Assembly: GCA_900617105.1 (NCBI GenBank)
Contig: UYFQ01000006.1
Coordinates: forward strand, 1 to 64,000
DNA length: 64,000 nt
Direction: 5' to 3'
Source: Hydrurus foetidus
Lineage: Eukaryota
A model generated the notes under the pieces. The model saw nothing but the letters and a program-made list of their open reading frames with translations, was not told the DNA's origin and searched no databases. Positions 39,151-49,310 of this stretch are shown piece by piece. Made by a program: the position numbers and the translations under genes. Within the stretch, counting starts at the first letter, position 1; every line of letters begins with the position of its first letter.

Positions 39151-41088
39151 TCAAGCAGACAAGAGGTGAGCCACGGAGTCCCGCAAGGAATCCGGCTGCA
39201 CCGCCCCAGCCGCCACAGGCAGCCCCACATTCAACCCCACCGGGCTGAGCATCCCGCGCCTGAAAGGCCGCACCATCGCGCCGCCCTTTTCCACGCGGCT
39301 GAAGTACGAGCCCCACAGGTTCGTCAGCGCCATCGGGATGACGGGCGGGGTGATGCCGTCGGCCTTGGCCCGCTCCAAAATTTTCATGATGCCACCCTTG
39401 AAGGGTTGCAGCGTGCCGTCTTTGGTGATGCCTCCTTCAGGGAAGATGGCCAGCAGATCGCCTTCACGCAGCACCTCGGCCGCGCGGGCGAAGGCGGATT
39501 CGTACAGGGCTGCATCTTCTTTTTGCGGCGCAATCGGGATGGCCTTAGCCAAGCGGAAGAGCCAGCCCAGCACGGGGACTTGGAAGATGCGGTGGTCCAT
39601 CACAAAGCGAATCGGGCGCGGGCTGGCGGCCATCAGCAGCACGGCATCGACGAAGCTCACGTGGTTGCACACCAGCACCGCCGCACCCACGGTGGGGATG
39701 TGCTGCTCGCCCGTCACCTTGAAGCGGTACACCAAATGCGTCAGCACCCAGGCCACGAAACGCAGCAGGTACTCGGGCACCAGCAAGAAGATGTAGGCGG
39801 CGACCACGGCATTGGCAATGCCTGTGAACAGACAAATTTCGGGAATCGTGAAGTGCGCGCCCAACAAAGCCCCAGCGATGACGGAGCTGGCGATCATGAA
39901 CAGCGCGTTCAAGATGTTGTTCGCCGCGATGATGCGGGCACCGTGCGTGGGCTGGCTGCGCATTTGGATGAGGGCGTACATGGGAACGCTGTAGAGGCCC
40001 GCGAACAGGCTCAGCAAGGCCAAATCGGCCATCACGCGCCAATGGGCGGCGATGGCGATGAACGCGCCCACGCCCATCTGGGCCGCGTCGGGCAGGCCAC
40101 GCGAGGCAAAGTACAGGTCGATGGCAAACACGCTCATGCCAATCGCCCCCAGAGGCACCAAACCGATTTCCACATGGCGGCGACTCAGCACCTCGCACAG
40201 CAGCGACCCGGTGGCGATGCCGATGGAGAACACCACCAGCAACAGCGAGGCGACTTGCTCGTTGCCGTGCAGCACATCCTTGGCAAGGCTGGGGAATTGG
40301 CTCAAAAACACTGCGCCAAAAAACCACATCCAGCTGATACCCAAGAGCGAGCGGAACACGACGATGTTCTCGCGGGCCAACATCAGGTTGCGCCACGTCT
40401 CGGTGATGGGGTTCCAGTTGATTGTCAGACCGGGGTCAGTGGCCGGGCTGGCAGGGATGAACTGCGCCACCACCCGCCCCATGACAGCAGCCGCTACACA
40501 ACTGATAGCTACATACACTGACCCCACCTGCGGTAAAGCCACCAAAAGACCTCCAACGATGTTGCCCATCAAAATAGCGACAAAGGTGCCCATCTCCACC
40601 ATGCCGTTGCCGCCCGTCAACTCGCGCTCACTCAGCACCTGGGGCAGGTAGGCGAACTTGACCGGGCCAAACAGGGTGGAATGCACGCCCATCAAAAAGG
40701 TGCAGAGCAGCAGTACCGGCACGTTGTGCTCGATAAACCCGTAGGCGGCAATCAGCATGATGACCACCTCCAAGTTCTTCACAAAACGAATCACCAACGT
40801 CTTGTCGTACTTGTCCGTCAACTGCCCGCTGGTCGCTGAGAACAGCAAAAACGGCAAGATGAACAGCGCCCCAATCACCAGCCCCGCCATCGCAGGCGGT
40901 AACCAGTCCACGCTGAGCTGGTACGTGACCATCACCGTGAAGGCGAACTTGAACAAGTTGTCATTCGCCGCGCCGGAAAACTGCGTCCAAAAGAACGGGG
41001 CGAAGCGGCGTTGCTTGAGCAAAGCGAACTGGTTGGGGTGCGCGTCAGGTTCCGGCGCAGCGGAAGAAACGGTGGCTGAGGAGGTCAT
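39151..41088 (-). CDS. MFS (LplT-like) fused to PlsC-type acyltransferase
   Basis: RRFAPFFWTQF..NDNLFK, FGPVK, NHVSFVD and FPEG motifs. Confidence 0.92.
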   Translation of the reverse strand: MTSSATVSSAAPEPDAHPNQFALLKQRRFAPFFWTQFSGAANDNLFKFAFTVMVTYQLSVDWLPPAMAGLVIGALFILPFLLFSATSGQLTDKYDKTLVIRFVKNLEVVIMLIAAYGFIEHNVPVLLLCTFLMGVHSTLFGPVKFAYLPQVLSERELTGGNGMVEMGTFVAILMGNIVGGLLVALPQVGSVYVAISCVAAAVMGRVVAQFIPASPATDPGLTINWNPITETWRNLMLARENIVVFRSLLGISWMWFFGAVFLSQFPSLAKDVLHGNEQVASLLLVVFSIGIATGSLLCEVLSRRHVEIGLVPLGAIGMSVFAIDLYFASRGLPDAAQMGVGAFIAIAAHWRVMADLALLSLFAGLYSVPMYALIQMRSQPTHGARIIAANNILNALFMIASSVIAGALLGAHFTIPEICLFTGIANAVVAAYIFLLVPEYLLRFVAWVLTHLVYRFKVTGEQHIPTVGAAVLVCNHVSFVDAVLLMAASPRPIRFVMDHRIFQVPVLGWLFRLAKAIPIAPQKEDAALYESAFARAAEVLREGDLLAIFPEGGITKDGTLQPFKGGIMKILERAKADGITPPVIPMALTNLWGSYFSRVEKGGAMVRPFRRGMLSPVGLNVGLPVAAGAVQPDSLRDSVAHLLSA

Positions 41089-41132
41089 GCGAAGGGCTTT
41101 CGTAACGAGGGCAAACGAGAAGTTCAGTGTGT

Positions 41133-41783
41133 TCAAACAGAGCGCGAACGCTGAAGGGGCCGGGGCGAACTCACCCTGAGCTGGATGCAAAGCGATTGTG
41201 CAGCAGGGCGGCGAAGGCTCTGCCACAGCGCAGTGCACACCGGCCCCGCCACCAGCACCGCAGCAGCCAGAGCGATACCCGCGCGGCCCGTGACCTGCAA
41301 AGCCGTCACCAAACCCAGCAGCCCCGCAAAAGCCACCACCATGCCGCAGCGGTCAACCGCCAAGCCCAGATCATCAGGGTGCAGGTGGTAGAACGCGGAA
41401 GCAGCAGCCGTGACCAGCAACCCGGCAAAGAACAACTGCGCCATCGCCGCCACCGTCGCCGCGTGGGCTGCGGGCACCACCAGCCGTTGCATGGTGGGCG
41501 CAGCACGGTGGCGCGCGCACCAGCGCTGCACGCCCGCCAAGCCCCAAACACCCCACAGCGCAAACGGCAGGTTGCTCAGCACATCCAGCGCGAAGGGCAA
41601 ACCCAGCCAGCCGCGCTGGTCGGCAAAGTGGTGGTACGTGGCACTTTGGGGAACGGCGGGGGCAAAGCTGGCAATGAGGAGCAAACCGACGCAGGCGATA
41701 GCCAGGGCGCGTTCGCGGGGGATGAGGGGTGGCGAGGTTTTCACAGTGTTGCTTTCAGAGAAAACCAGACTGTGCGCGTTCAC
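41133..41783 (-). pseudogene. Truncated alkaline-ceramidase-like (CREST) membrane protein
   Basis: YHHFADQR, DVLSNLPF and SAFYHL.PD...DR motifs. The hydrophobic pattern ends abruptly near ALWQS and the C-terminal helices are missing. Confidence 0.6.
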
Positions 41784-41866
41784 ATCGACTTAAAGAATAA
41801 AAATCAATACAAGTTAAATAAATTAATACACAAAGTACTGAATTTCGATACTAAAAAAGAGAACGA

Positions 41867-43294
41867 TCAAACACCGTACCTGTCCCACAACGCATTACTG
41901 AACCTGCCAGCCCCTGTGCGTTGGCGCAGCGTGCGGAATGCGGCGGCTTGGGGGTAGGCGGCTTCAAACTGTGGCGCGGTAGCATGCAACTGGTAGGGCA
42001 AGTAGTAGGTGCCCTGGTGGGCTAATGCCAGGGCAATCATGGCGCGCGTCCATTCGGCAACAGCGGTTTGAGCAGTGGATGCAACGCCTTGCTTGTAGTA
42101 CACGACGAACGAAAACACATCCTCTCGCGCCCAGGCCATCAAGGAATACTGGTCGGCGTGGGCATGGCGGATGGACACGTTCAGCGTCCCTGTGCGGGTT
42201 TGCTTCATCAGCGTTGCCATGTGGCGGGCGAACTGCACAAAGTGCCGTTCAGGAATGAAATACTCTTGCAAAACGTAGGTCGCTATGGCCCTTGTAGCGG
42301 GCTCCAACGCGGCGACATCCAGGCTGGCCTCCCAGTTGCGCCAAACGACGGTGGCTTGGTCTTGCAACGGTTCGACAAACTTACGGCGCAGCGCATCCCC
42401 TCCTGGTAATTCGGTGATCGCCCAAATCGCCAGCTTCTCTTTCAGGTAGCTACCGTGCATCGGGTGCAAGCGCTCTGGCTGAGAGACTGCTTTGTCGGTG
42501 CGAGACCACGTCACGCAGTGAGGGTTGTCGAAATCAGGTGGCAACAAATCGGCGTTGTGCAGCAGTGCTGCGGGGTCGCCAGCCACTTCCCGCTTGAACC
42601 AAGCGGGATAGTCTTCCAACGGTACGCGCACCGTTCGCCGCTCAATAGGGAAGTTATCGTCCAGCGCCAACTCTACCTCGGTGATAACGCCCACGCCGCC
42701 GTAACCGCCAATCGCTGCATAAAACAAGGCAGTGTGGTGTTGTGGGCTGGTCTCAAGCACCTCACCGTCTGGCATCACCAATTGCAACGCACGCACGCTG
42801 TTGACGATGGGGCCGTGGCCCACATAGCGGCCATGGCAATTCACCGAGACTGAGCCACCCACCGTGAAATTGGCATAACTCTGCATGGTTCGCACCGATA
42901 AACCATGGGGGTCAATCAGCGTTTGCAACGCACGCCACCGCATACCCGATTGCACGCGCACCACTTTCTGTGCCGTGTCCAGAAACACCAGCCCTTGCAT
43001 GGCCCGCATGTCCAACTGAAGCCCACCCGCCACAGCCGTTTGCCCACCCATGCTGTAACGACCGCCACCCACACTGACGCGGCCCGGCCATTTCTTCAGG
43101 GCTTGGCGAACGTCATCTGCATCTCGAATCTCCGCAATGTGGGCTGTGGGGACGGAATACAAGTGAGTGACATTGCACACCGACAGCGGATCAGCAGGAC
43201 AAATTGCACCGGACGGGATGCTGGTGAGCGCAAGTGCAGTACCCGAGGCGCGGGCAAGTAAAGTCCGGCGGCTAAGAGAGGGATTCATGGGCAT
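41867..43294 (-). CDS. FAD-binding (VAO/PCMH) oxidoreductase with Tat-like leader
   Basis: SRRTLL, GGGRYSMGGQ, TVGGSVSVNCHG and GGYGGVGVI motifs. Start 43294 or 43288. Confidence 0.88.
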   Translation of the reverse strand: MPMNPSLSRRTLLARASGTALALTSIPSGAICPADPLSVCNVTHLYSVPTAHIAEIRDADDVRQALKKWPGRVSVGGGRYSMGGQTAVAGGLQLDMRAMQGLVFLDTAQKVVRVQSGMRWRALQTLIDPHGLSVRTMQSYANFTVGGSVSVNCHGRYVGHGPIVNSVRALQLVMPDGEVLETSPQHHTALFYAAIGGYGGVGVITEVELALDDNFPIERRTVRVPLEDYPAWFKREVAGDPAALLHNADLLPPDFDNPHCVTWSRTDKAVSQPERLHPMHGSYLKEKLAIWAITELPGGDALRRKFVEPLQDQATVVWRNWEASLDVAALEPATRAIATYVLQEYFIPERHFVQFARHMATLMKQTRTGTLNVSIRHAHADQYSLMAWAREDVFSFVVYYKQGVASTAQTAVAEWTRAMIALALAHQGTYYLPYQLHATAPQFEAAYPQAAAFRTLRQRTGAGRFSNALWDRYGV

Positions 43295-43461
43295 AGCGTC
43301 TGGTGGAGTCAGAGAAGGAAAAACATCAAATAGAACGCTGCTGAACACAGCAGCATGCACTTTGCCCGACATTGAGCTAAAAACACCTGAAAATTCAGCC
43401 TGAGTCTTGATCCGCAGCCTAAAACGTACCGTTATTCGATACCTAAAACCATACTGTCACC

Positions 43462-44193
43462 ATGAGCACCACCGCCGATCTCGTCTTGGCCCTCAAAAAA
43501 GAGCTGAAAACTGCCCACATGACTTACGCCGACTTGGCCGTGAAGCTTGATCTGGCCGAATCCAGCGTGAAGCGGATGCTGGCCAAGGGCGACATGCCGC
43601 TCTCGCGCATTGACGCGATTTGCCGGGCACTGAAGCTCGATTTCGCTGACTTGGCCCGCCGCGTGGCCGATGCGCAACCGCTGCTTAGCGAACTGACGCA
43701 GGCCCAAGAGCGGGCCGTGGTGGCCGATAAGAAGCTGCTGCTGGTGGCGATCAGCGTGCTGAGCCTGTGGACGCTGGAGCAAATCGTGGCGCAGTACCGC
43801 CTCAGCGAGGCTGAGGGCATCGCCTGTTTGGCACAGCTTGACCGCATCGGCATCATCGAGCTGCGCCCGCTGAACCGCTACCGGCTGAAGCTGGCCAAAA
43901 CCTTCCGCTGGCGACCGCACGGCCCAGTGATGGAATTCTTCCGCGACCACGCGCTGCTGGATTATTTTGCCGGAAGCTTTGACGGTGCCGACCAAGGGCT
44001 GCTGCTGGTGCATGGCTCGGTCAGCAAAAGCTTGGCCCCAGCGTTCATGGAACGCATGCAAAGCGTGGCGCAAGACTTCGCGCAACAGCATTTGGCAGAC
44101 CAGAAACTGGGCGAGAAAGACCGTGAGGGCTACACACTGCTGCTGGCGATGCGGCGCTGGGAATTTGCGGCGTTCACGGCGCTGCGGCGGTAG
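43462..44193 (+). CDS. XRE-family HTH transcriptional regulator
   Basis: LKKELK..MTYADLA..LAESSVKRML HTH. Confidence 0.88.
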   Translation: MSTTADLVLALKKELKTAHMTYADLAVKLDLAESSVKRMLAKGDMPLSRIDAICRALKLDFADLARRVADAQPLLSELTQAQERAVVADKKLLLVAISVLSLWTLEQIVAQYRLSEAEGIACLAQLDRIGIIELRPLNRYRLKLAKTFRWRPHGPVMEFFRDHALLDYFAGSFDGADQGLLLVHGSVSKSLAPAFMERMQSVAQDFAQQHLADQKLGEKDREGYTLLLAMRRWEFAAFTALRR

Positions 44194-44246
44194 AGGGGAA
44201 TACGCACATAATCGCGCGTTTACGCCCTTCAACACACCACAAACCG

Positions 44247-44594
44247 ATGTACACCGCCACCTTCATCTTCGCCAAAAAACAGTTCGATGATGCCTTTCAC
44301 CGCTTAGACCAAGACATCGCCGCGATGGCGAAATCCATACCTGGGTATTTGGGGGAAGAGGCTTGGGAAAACCCAGCAACTGGGCTGGTATCCAACGTCT
44401 ACTACTGGGAATCGCTGGAGGCTTTGCAGCAGTTGGTGCAGCACCCGCGTCACCAAGAGGCCAAAGCGGCGCAGGGGAACTGGCTGGACGGCTACCAAGT
44501 CACCATTGCGCAGGTGCTGCGCATGTATGGGGATGACAAGCTGGGGCATTTGCTGCCACACGTCAAACCTCTACCTGCTCAAAGCTCGTCGTAA
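44247..44594 (+). CDS. ABM/dimeric alpha-beta barrel monooxygenase-like protein
   Basis: PGYLG, YYWESLEAL and H..AK..W motifs. Confidence 0.8.
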   Translation: MYTATFIFAKKQFDDAFHRLDQDIAAMAKSIPGYLGEEAWENPATGLVSNVYYWESLEALQQLVQHPRHQEAKAAQGNWLDGYQVTIAQVLRMYGDDKLGHLLPHVKPLPAQSSS

Positions 44595-45012
44595 TCTCCG
44601 CTGTCTTCGCCAGCATGATGCTGGCCGAGCAGTATTTGTCGTGGCTCATGGCGATGGCGCGTTCCACCGCCACAGCGGGAATCGCCTTACCCGTCACCGT
44701 GAAATGCATATTGATCTTGGTAAACACCTTCGGGTCAACGTCTGCCCGCTCGGACGTGAGCTTGACGGTGCAGCCGCGCACATCGTGCCGCCCGCGCTTC
44801 AAAATCAGCACCACGTCGTACGCGGTGCAGCCGCCGGTGCCGGCCAGCACCAGTTCCATTGGGCGGGGGGCGAGGTTTTGGCCGCCGTTTTCGGGTTTGG
44901 CGGCATCGGGGGCACCGTCCATCATCACGGCGTGGCCGCTGCCGGTCTCGGCCACAAAGCCCATGCCTGAGCGGGTGCCCGCGTTACCTGTCCAGCTGAC
45001 TGTGCATTCCAT
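44563..45012 (-). CDS. OsmC-family protein (YhfA-like)
   Basis: PRPMELVL.G.GGC and KYCSAS motifs. Confidence 0.92.
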   Translation of the reverse strand: MECTVSWTGNAGTRSGMGFVAETGSGHAVMMDGAPDAAKPENGGQNLAPRPMELVLAGTGGCTAYDVVLILKRGRHDVRGCTVKLTSERADVDPKVFTKINMHFTVTGKAIPAVAVERAIAMSHDKYCSASIMLAKTAEITTSFEQVEV

Positions 45013-45100
45013 CACTTGTTCCTTGGGTTGATGACTCTAAAATAGAGTCGAATTGACCATACTTGCTGCATTGCAACATTTTTAGCGCTACACTTCAATC

Positions 45101-45188
45101 ACGCATGAAATTTCATGCACCGATTGTCTCCTCCACCCTCTGAAAAGGTGGATTAAGCCCCAAGCTGCAAAGCTCGGGGCTTTTTTTT
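45101..45188 (+). ncRNA. Candidate small RNA resembling the Betaproteobacteria toxic sRNA family
   Basis: Upstream TGCTGCATTGCAACA (45064-45078) and -10-like TACACT (45089-45094). 5' hairpin, anti-SD-like TGTCTCCTCC (45125-45134), TCCACC..GGTGGA hairpin and terminator. Confidence 0.7.
45155..45188 (+). terminator. Rho-independent terminator
   Basis: AAGCCCCAAGCT-GCAA-AGCTCGGGGC followed by T8. Confidence 0.85.
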
Positions 45189-45223
45189 GCCCTGCACTAT
45201 CATCGCGGCCTCAAGGATATGCC

Positions 45224-46813
45224 ATGCCCACGCCACTCACCGCCCTCACATCTCTCACCCCAGCCGATTACCTGAAAAAAATCCTCACCGCCCGCGTCTA
45301 CGATGTGGCGGTGGAATCCGCCCTGGAGCCCGCCACTGTGCTGAGCCGCCGCCTGGGCAACACGGTGCTGTTCAAACGCGAAGACACGCAACCCGTGTTC
45401 AGCTTCAAGCTGCGCGGGGCGTACAACAAGATGGCGCACCTCAGCCCCGCTGAGCTGGCCAAAGGCGTGATTTGCGCCTCGGCGGGCAACCATGCCCAAG
45501 GCGTGGCGCTCAGCGCCAAACGGCTCAAGGTTCGGGCGGTGATCGTGATGCCCACCACCACACCTCAGGTCAAAGTGGATGCTGTGAGAGGCTTTGGCGG
45601 TGAAGTGGTGCTGTTTGGCGACAGTTTTTCCGACGCTTACACCCATTCGCTCGCACTCCAGCAGCAAGAAGGCTTGACCTTCGTCCACCCGTTTGACGAC
45701 CCGGACGTGATTGCGGGCCAAGGCACCATTGCAATGGAAATGCTGCGTCAGGTGCAAAGCCTGCGCACCGAAGACGGCCAAGCGATGAAGCTCGATGCGG
45801 TGTTTGTCGCCATCGGTGGCGGTGGTTTGATCTCGGGTGTGGCGAACTACATCAAAGCGATTGACCCCAGCATCAAGGTGATTGGCGTGCAAACCAACGA
45901 CTCCGACGCAATGCTGCAATCCGTCAACGCCCAAGAGCGCGTGACTTTGGCCGACGTGGGTCTGTTCGCGGACGGCACCGCCGTCAAGCTGGTGGGGCAA
46001 GAAACCTTCCGCATCGCCCGCGAACTGGTGGACGATTACGTGGTGGTGGACACCGATGCCGTGTGCGCGGCCATCAAAGACGTGTTTGTCGATACCCGCA
46101 GCATCGTCGAACCTTCGGGGGCGCTGGCCGTCGCGGCCATCAAACAATACGTGGCCCAGCACCAGAAAAAAGGCGAAACCTACGCCGCCATTTTGTGCGG
46201 TGCCAACATGAACTTTGGTCGCTTGCGCTTTGTCGCCGAACGCGCCGAAGTGGGCGAATCCCGCGAGGCCTTGCTGGTGGTGACGGTGCCTGAAGAGCGC
46301 GGCAGCTTCAAGCGCTTTTGCACGCTGATCGGCGAGCTGCCCGGTGGCCCGCGCAATGTGACCGAGTTCAACTACCGCATCCACGACGCGAGCCAAGCCC
46401 ATGTGTTTGTCGGCCTCACCACCCAAGGCCCCGGTGAATCGGCCGAAATCGCCGAAGGTTTTAAGCGCAATGGCTTTGAAGCCCTCGATTTGACGCATGA
46501 CGACTTAGCCCAGCAACACATCCGCCACATGGTGGGCGGGCATTCAACGCTCTCAAAAGATGAGCGTTTGCTGCACTTTGTGTTCCCCGAGCGCCCCGGT
46601 TCACTGCTGAAGTTTTTGAGCTTGATGCAACCCGGCTGGAACATCAGCCTGTTCCACTACCGCAACCAAGGGGCGGACTACGGGCGCATTTTGGTGGGGA
46701 TACAGGTGCCCGAAACCGATACCCAGGCGTTCGAGACTTTCTTGGAAACGCTGGGCTACCCGTACAAGGAAGAAACCAACAACCCGGCTTACCGCTTGTT
46801 TTTGAAGGCGTAA
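45224..46813 (+). CDS. ilvA: Biosynthetic threonine ammonia-lyase
   Basis: KRED.QPVFSFKLRGA, SAGNHAQG, regulatory domains PEERGSF and FPERPG, LFHYRN.GAD. Confidence 0.97.
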   Translation: MPTPLTALTSLTPADYLKKILTARVYDVAVESALEPATVLSRRLGNTVLFKREDTQPVFSFKLRGAYNKMAHLSPAELAKGVICASAGNHAQGVALSAKRLKVRAVIVMPTTTPQVKVDAVRGFGGEVVLFGDSFSDAYTHSLALQQQEGLTFVHPFDDPDVIAGQGTIAMEMLRQVQSLRTEDGQAMKLDAVFVAIGGGGLISGVANYIKAIDPSIKVIGVQTNDSDAMLQSVNAQERVTLADVGLFADGTAVKLVGQETFRIARELVDDYVVVDTDAVCAAIKDVFVDTRSIVEPSGALAVAAIKQYVAQHQKKGETYAAILCGANMNFGRLRFVAERAEVGESREALLVVTVPEERGSFKRFCTLIGELPGGPRNVTEFNYRIHDASQAHVFVGLTTQGPGESAEIAEGFKRNGFEALDLTHDDLAQQHIRHMVGGHSTLSKDERLLHFVFPERPGSLLKFLSLMQPGWNISLFHYRNQGADYGRILVGIQVPETDTQAFETFLETLGYPYKEETNNPAYRLFLKA

Positions 46814-46967
46814 GACATGGCGTTCGATGAGACTTGAAACCGCCCGCCCATAAGCGTTGACTGCCTCAAACCATTGGGATTCAGCGCAACTGGAGATTTG
46901 CAGAGGTTAAATTCTGCAAATCCTTCAAGCAAAACAATATTTCTGCTTCTGAAACGTCTTCACAACT

Positions 46968-47564
46968 ATGAAGCCGCTGCCGCATGCATTGATGACCGAA
47001 CGAGGAGACGACCCAGAAAGCGTCATCACCGCGACGGTCTTGCGCGAGCGTTCAAAACTGTTCCATTTCATTCGGCGCAATATTCGCAACCCGATGGATG
47101 CGGAAGATGTGCTCCAGGACGTGTTCCACGAATTCATTGAAGCCTACCGGCTGCCCGAACCGATTGAACAGGTGAGCGCGTGGTTGTTTCGGGTTGCACG
47201 CAACCGCATCATTGACCGCTTTCGCAAGAAGAAGGAGCTGTCACTGAACGAGGCCAGCGGCGACTTCGATGACGAGGGCGACGAGAGTGACTACCGGTTA
47301 GATCTCGCACTGCCCTCGCCTGACGCAGGGCCGGACGCGCAATACGCACGCCAGGTGTTGCTGGGCGCATTGCAACAGGCACTGGATGCGTTGCCGATGA
47401 AGCAGCGCGAAGTTTTCATCGCGCATGAGATCGAAGGCATCAGCTTCAAAGAGATGTCCTCGCTCAGCGGCACACCCGTCAATACGCTGCTCGCACGCAA
47501 ACGCTACGCAGTCTTGCAACTGCGCTCGCAGCTGCAATCGGTCTACGACGAACTTGATTTTTAA
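46968..47564 (+). CDS. ECF sigma-70 factor
   Basis: DAEDVLQDVF, AWLFRVARNRIID and region 4 LP..QREVF motifs. Confidence 0.92.
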   Translation: MKPLPHALMTERGDDPESVITATVLRERSKLFHFIRRNIRNPMDAEDVLQDVFHEFIEAYRLPEPIEQVSAWLFRVARNRIIDRFRKKKELSLNEASGDFDDEGDESDYRLDLALPSPDAGPDAQYARQVLLGALQQALDALPMKQREVFIAHEIEGISFKEMSSLSGTPVNTLLARKRYAVLQLRSQLQSVYDELDF

Positions 47565-47573
47565 AGGAGAAAC

Positions 47574-47891
47574 GTGATGATGAAAGTAAAATTTCTGGGC
47601 ATGGGTGTGCTCGCCCTCGCAGGTATTGCGGGGTTGGGCGGACTGGTGATGTGGCTATGGAACGCAGTGATTCCGGATCTGTTCACGGGGGCCCGGTCGA
47701 TCGACTATCTGCATGCGCTAGGTCTGCTGGTGCTGTGCCGCATCTTGTTCGGCGGCTTCCGGGGCCATGGGGGATGGCACGCACACCGCAATGCCCGCTG
47801 GGAGACCATGAGGACAGGGGAGCGTGAACAGCTCGTTCGTGGCAAACTGTTTGGTGGCCGCGCAGGCCGCGGCGAAGGTCGCAGCGAATGA
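47574..47891 (+). CDS. Small membrane protein
   Basis: RBS AAGGAG; VMWLWN..P.LF...I.Y..ALGLLVL.RILFGG pattern. Confidence 0.75.
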   Translation: MMMKVKFLGMGVLALAGIAGLGGLVMWLWNAVIPDLFTGARSIDYLHALGLLVLCRILFGGFRGHGGWHAHRNARWETMRTGEREQLVRGKLFGGRAGRGEGRSE

Positions 47892-48202
47892 ACAGCGGAT
47901 CGCAAGTAACGACAGCCTGCAAGCAGGAACCAGGGGGGATCGCACCGATCGTTGACCTTCGGCGCTGCGAAGGCAAAGGCGACTGCGCCCGAGTCTGCCC
48001 GGAAGACGTTTTTGTCATACGGCGTATCAGCGACACCGACTATCAGACGCTTGGCACATTGAACAAGCTCAAGCTTCGTGTGCATGGAATGAAGGTCGCC
48101 TACACACCGAACGCCGATGCCTGCAAATCGTGTGGCCTGTGCGTGACGGCCTGCCCTGAGCACGCCATCACACTCGCCCGTTTTCAAAGGAACAGACCAT
48201 GA
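47888..48202 (+). CDS. Dicluster-type ferredoxin
   Basis: CEGKGDCARVCP and CKSCGLCVTACP motifs; ATGA overlap. Confidence 0.85.
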   Translation: MNSGSQVTTACKQEPGGIAPIVDLRRCEGKGDCARVCPEDVFVIRRISDTDYQTLGTLNKLKLRVHGMKVAYTPNADACKSCGLCVTACPEHAITLARFQRNRP

Positions 48203-48311
48203 ACTCAATCGCAATGCCCTTAAACGAGAGGGTGCGCCAGGGTGGGGCCTTTAGCCGCAGAGGTGGTACGGGGATGGGGGTGCATCCTTAAAATACCTGA
48301 AACGCTAACCG

Positions 48312-48773
48312 CTACTTCTTAACCACCGGCATATCCAGCACAAACAGCGCCGCAGATGCGCTGTCAGCCCCGAAGGTGGCACGCTGCGGGTCTACCGATT
48401 GCAGCACTACGCCATCTTCGAGCGTAGACCCTACCCGCACCGGCTTGGCGGGCTTGCCGTCCACGGCAATCAGCGCCACGCCGCGTTTGGCCGCGTCAGA
48501 GACCATGCCAAGCAACGCAAAACGGGATGCCATGGGGGGTGCTTGCGCAACAACCGCTTCGTATTTCATAGCACCCAATGCGCGCGCAACCACAGCTGGG
48601 TCAGCTTCTACGCCTTGGCTGCGGGCTACCGGTGCGGTCATGCTGGGGGCGGGTGCAGCCCAGAGCTTCAAGCCCCAGTAAGCGACGCTGGCTGCTGCCA
48701 ACGCCCACACCGCGAACGTCACGGTGCGCACCGCGAGTACCTGAAGGAAAACTTGAAATTTGGGGGGCAGCAT
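48312..48773 (-). CDS. gspC: Type II secretion protein C-like
   Basis: Single TM (WALAAASVAYWGL) and ALIAVDGKPA; divergent from gspG. Confidence 0.75.
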   Translation of the reverse strand: MLPPKFQVFLQVLAVRTVTFAVWALAAASVAYWGLKLWAAPAPSMTAPVARSQGVEADPAVVARALGAMKYEAVVAQAPPMASRFALLGMVSDAAKRGVALIAVDGKPAKPVRVGSTLEDGVVLQSVDPQRATFGADSASAALFVLDMPVVKK

Positions 48774-48826
48774 GGGGCGATTATCATAGAAGAATGTTGA
48801 AGACCCACCGCCCCGAGAGCCTTGCC

Positions 48827-49297
48827 ATGACTTCCTTTGCTTCCTCCCTACACACCCCCCTGCATTCTCTGCGCCGCTTACGCCGCTCAGTGCAGCGTGG
48901 CTTCACTCTGATTGAGCTGATGGTGGTGTTGGTCATCATCGGCGTGCTGGCCGCGCTGATCGTGCCCAACGTGCTGGACCGCGCGGACGATGCCCGCGTC
49001 ACCGCTGCCCGCACCGATGTCACCAACCTCTCCCAAGCCCTCAAGCTCTACAAGCTCGACAACCTGCGCTACCCCACGGGCGAGCAAGGCTTGCAAGCGC
49101 TGATCGCCAAACCCAGCGCCGCGCCCCAGCCGCCCAACTGGAAACCCTATTTAGAAAAGCTGCCCAACGACCCCTGGGGCCGCGCTTACCAGTACCTGAA
49201 CCCTGGCGTGAAGGGCGAGATTGACGTGATGTCTTTCGGTGCCGACGGTCAAGCCGGTGGCGAGGGTAAAAACGCCGACGTAGGCTCGTGGCAATAA
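48827..49297 (+). CDS. gspG: T2SS major pseudopilin
   Basis: RGFTLIELMVV, YPTGEQGL and LPNDPWG motifs. Start 48827 or 48794. Confidence 0.95.
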   Translation: MTSFASSLHTPLHSLRRLRRSVQRGFTLIELMVVLVIIGVLAALIVPNVLDRADDARVTAARTDVTNLSQALKLYKLDNLRYPTGEQGLQALIAKPSAAPQPPNWKPYLEKLPNDPWGRAYQYLNPGVKGEIDVMSFGADGQAGGEGKNADVGSWQ

Positions 49298-49310
49298 CCC
49301 GTCTTCCCCC

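Noticed and set aside
38731..40521. 596-aa plus-strand ORF
   Set aside because: Antisense shadow of the MFS-acyltransferase and zinc-ribbon genes, typical of high-GC codon bias, with no motifs.
45200..46498. 432-aa minus-strand ORF (likewise 5987-7168, 13433-14794, 36874-38025, 54370-55503, 57062-58306)
   Set aside because: All overlap well-supported genes on the opposite strand and show no family signatures.
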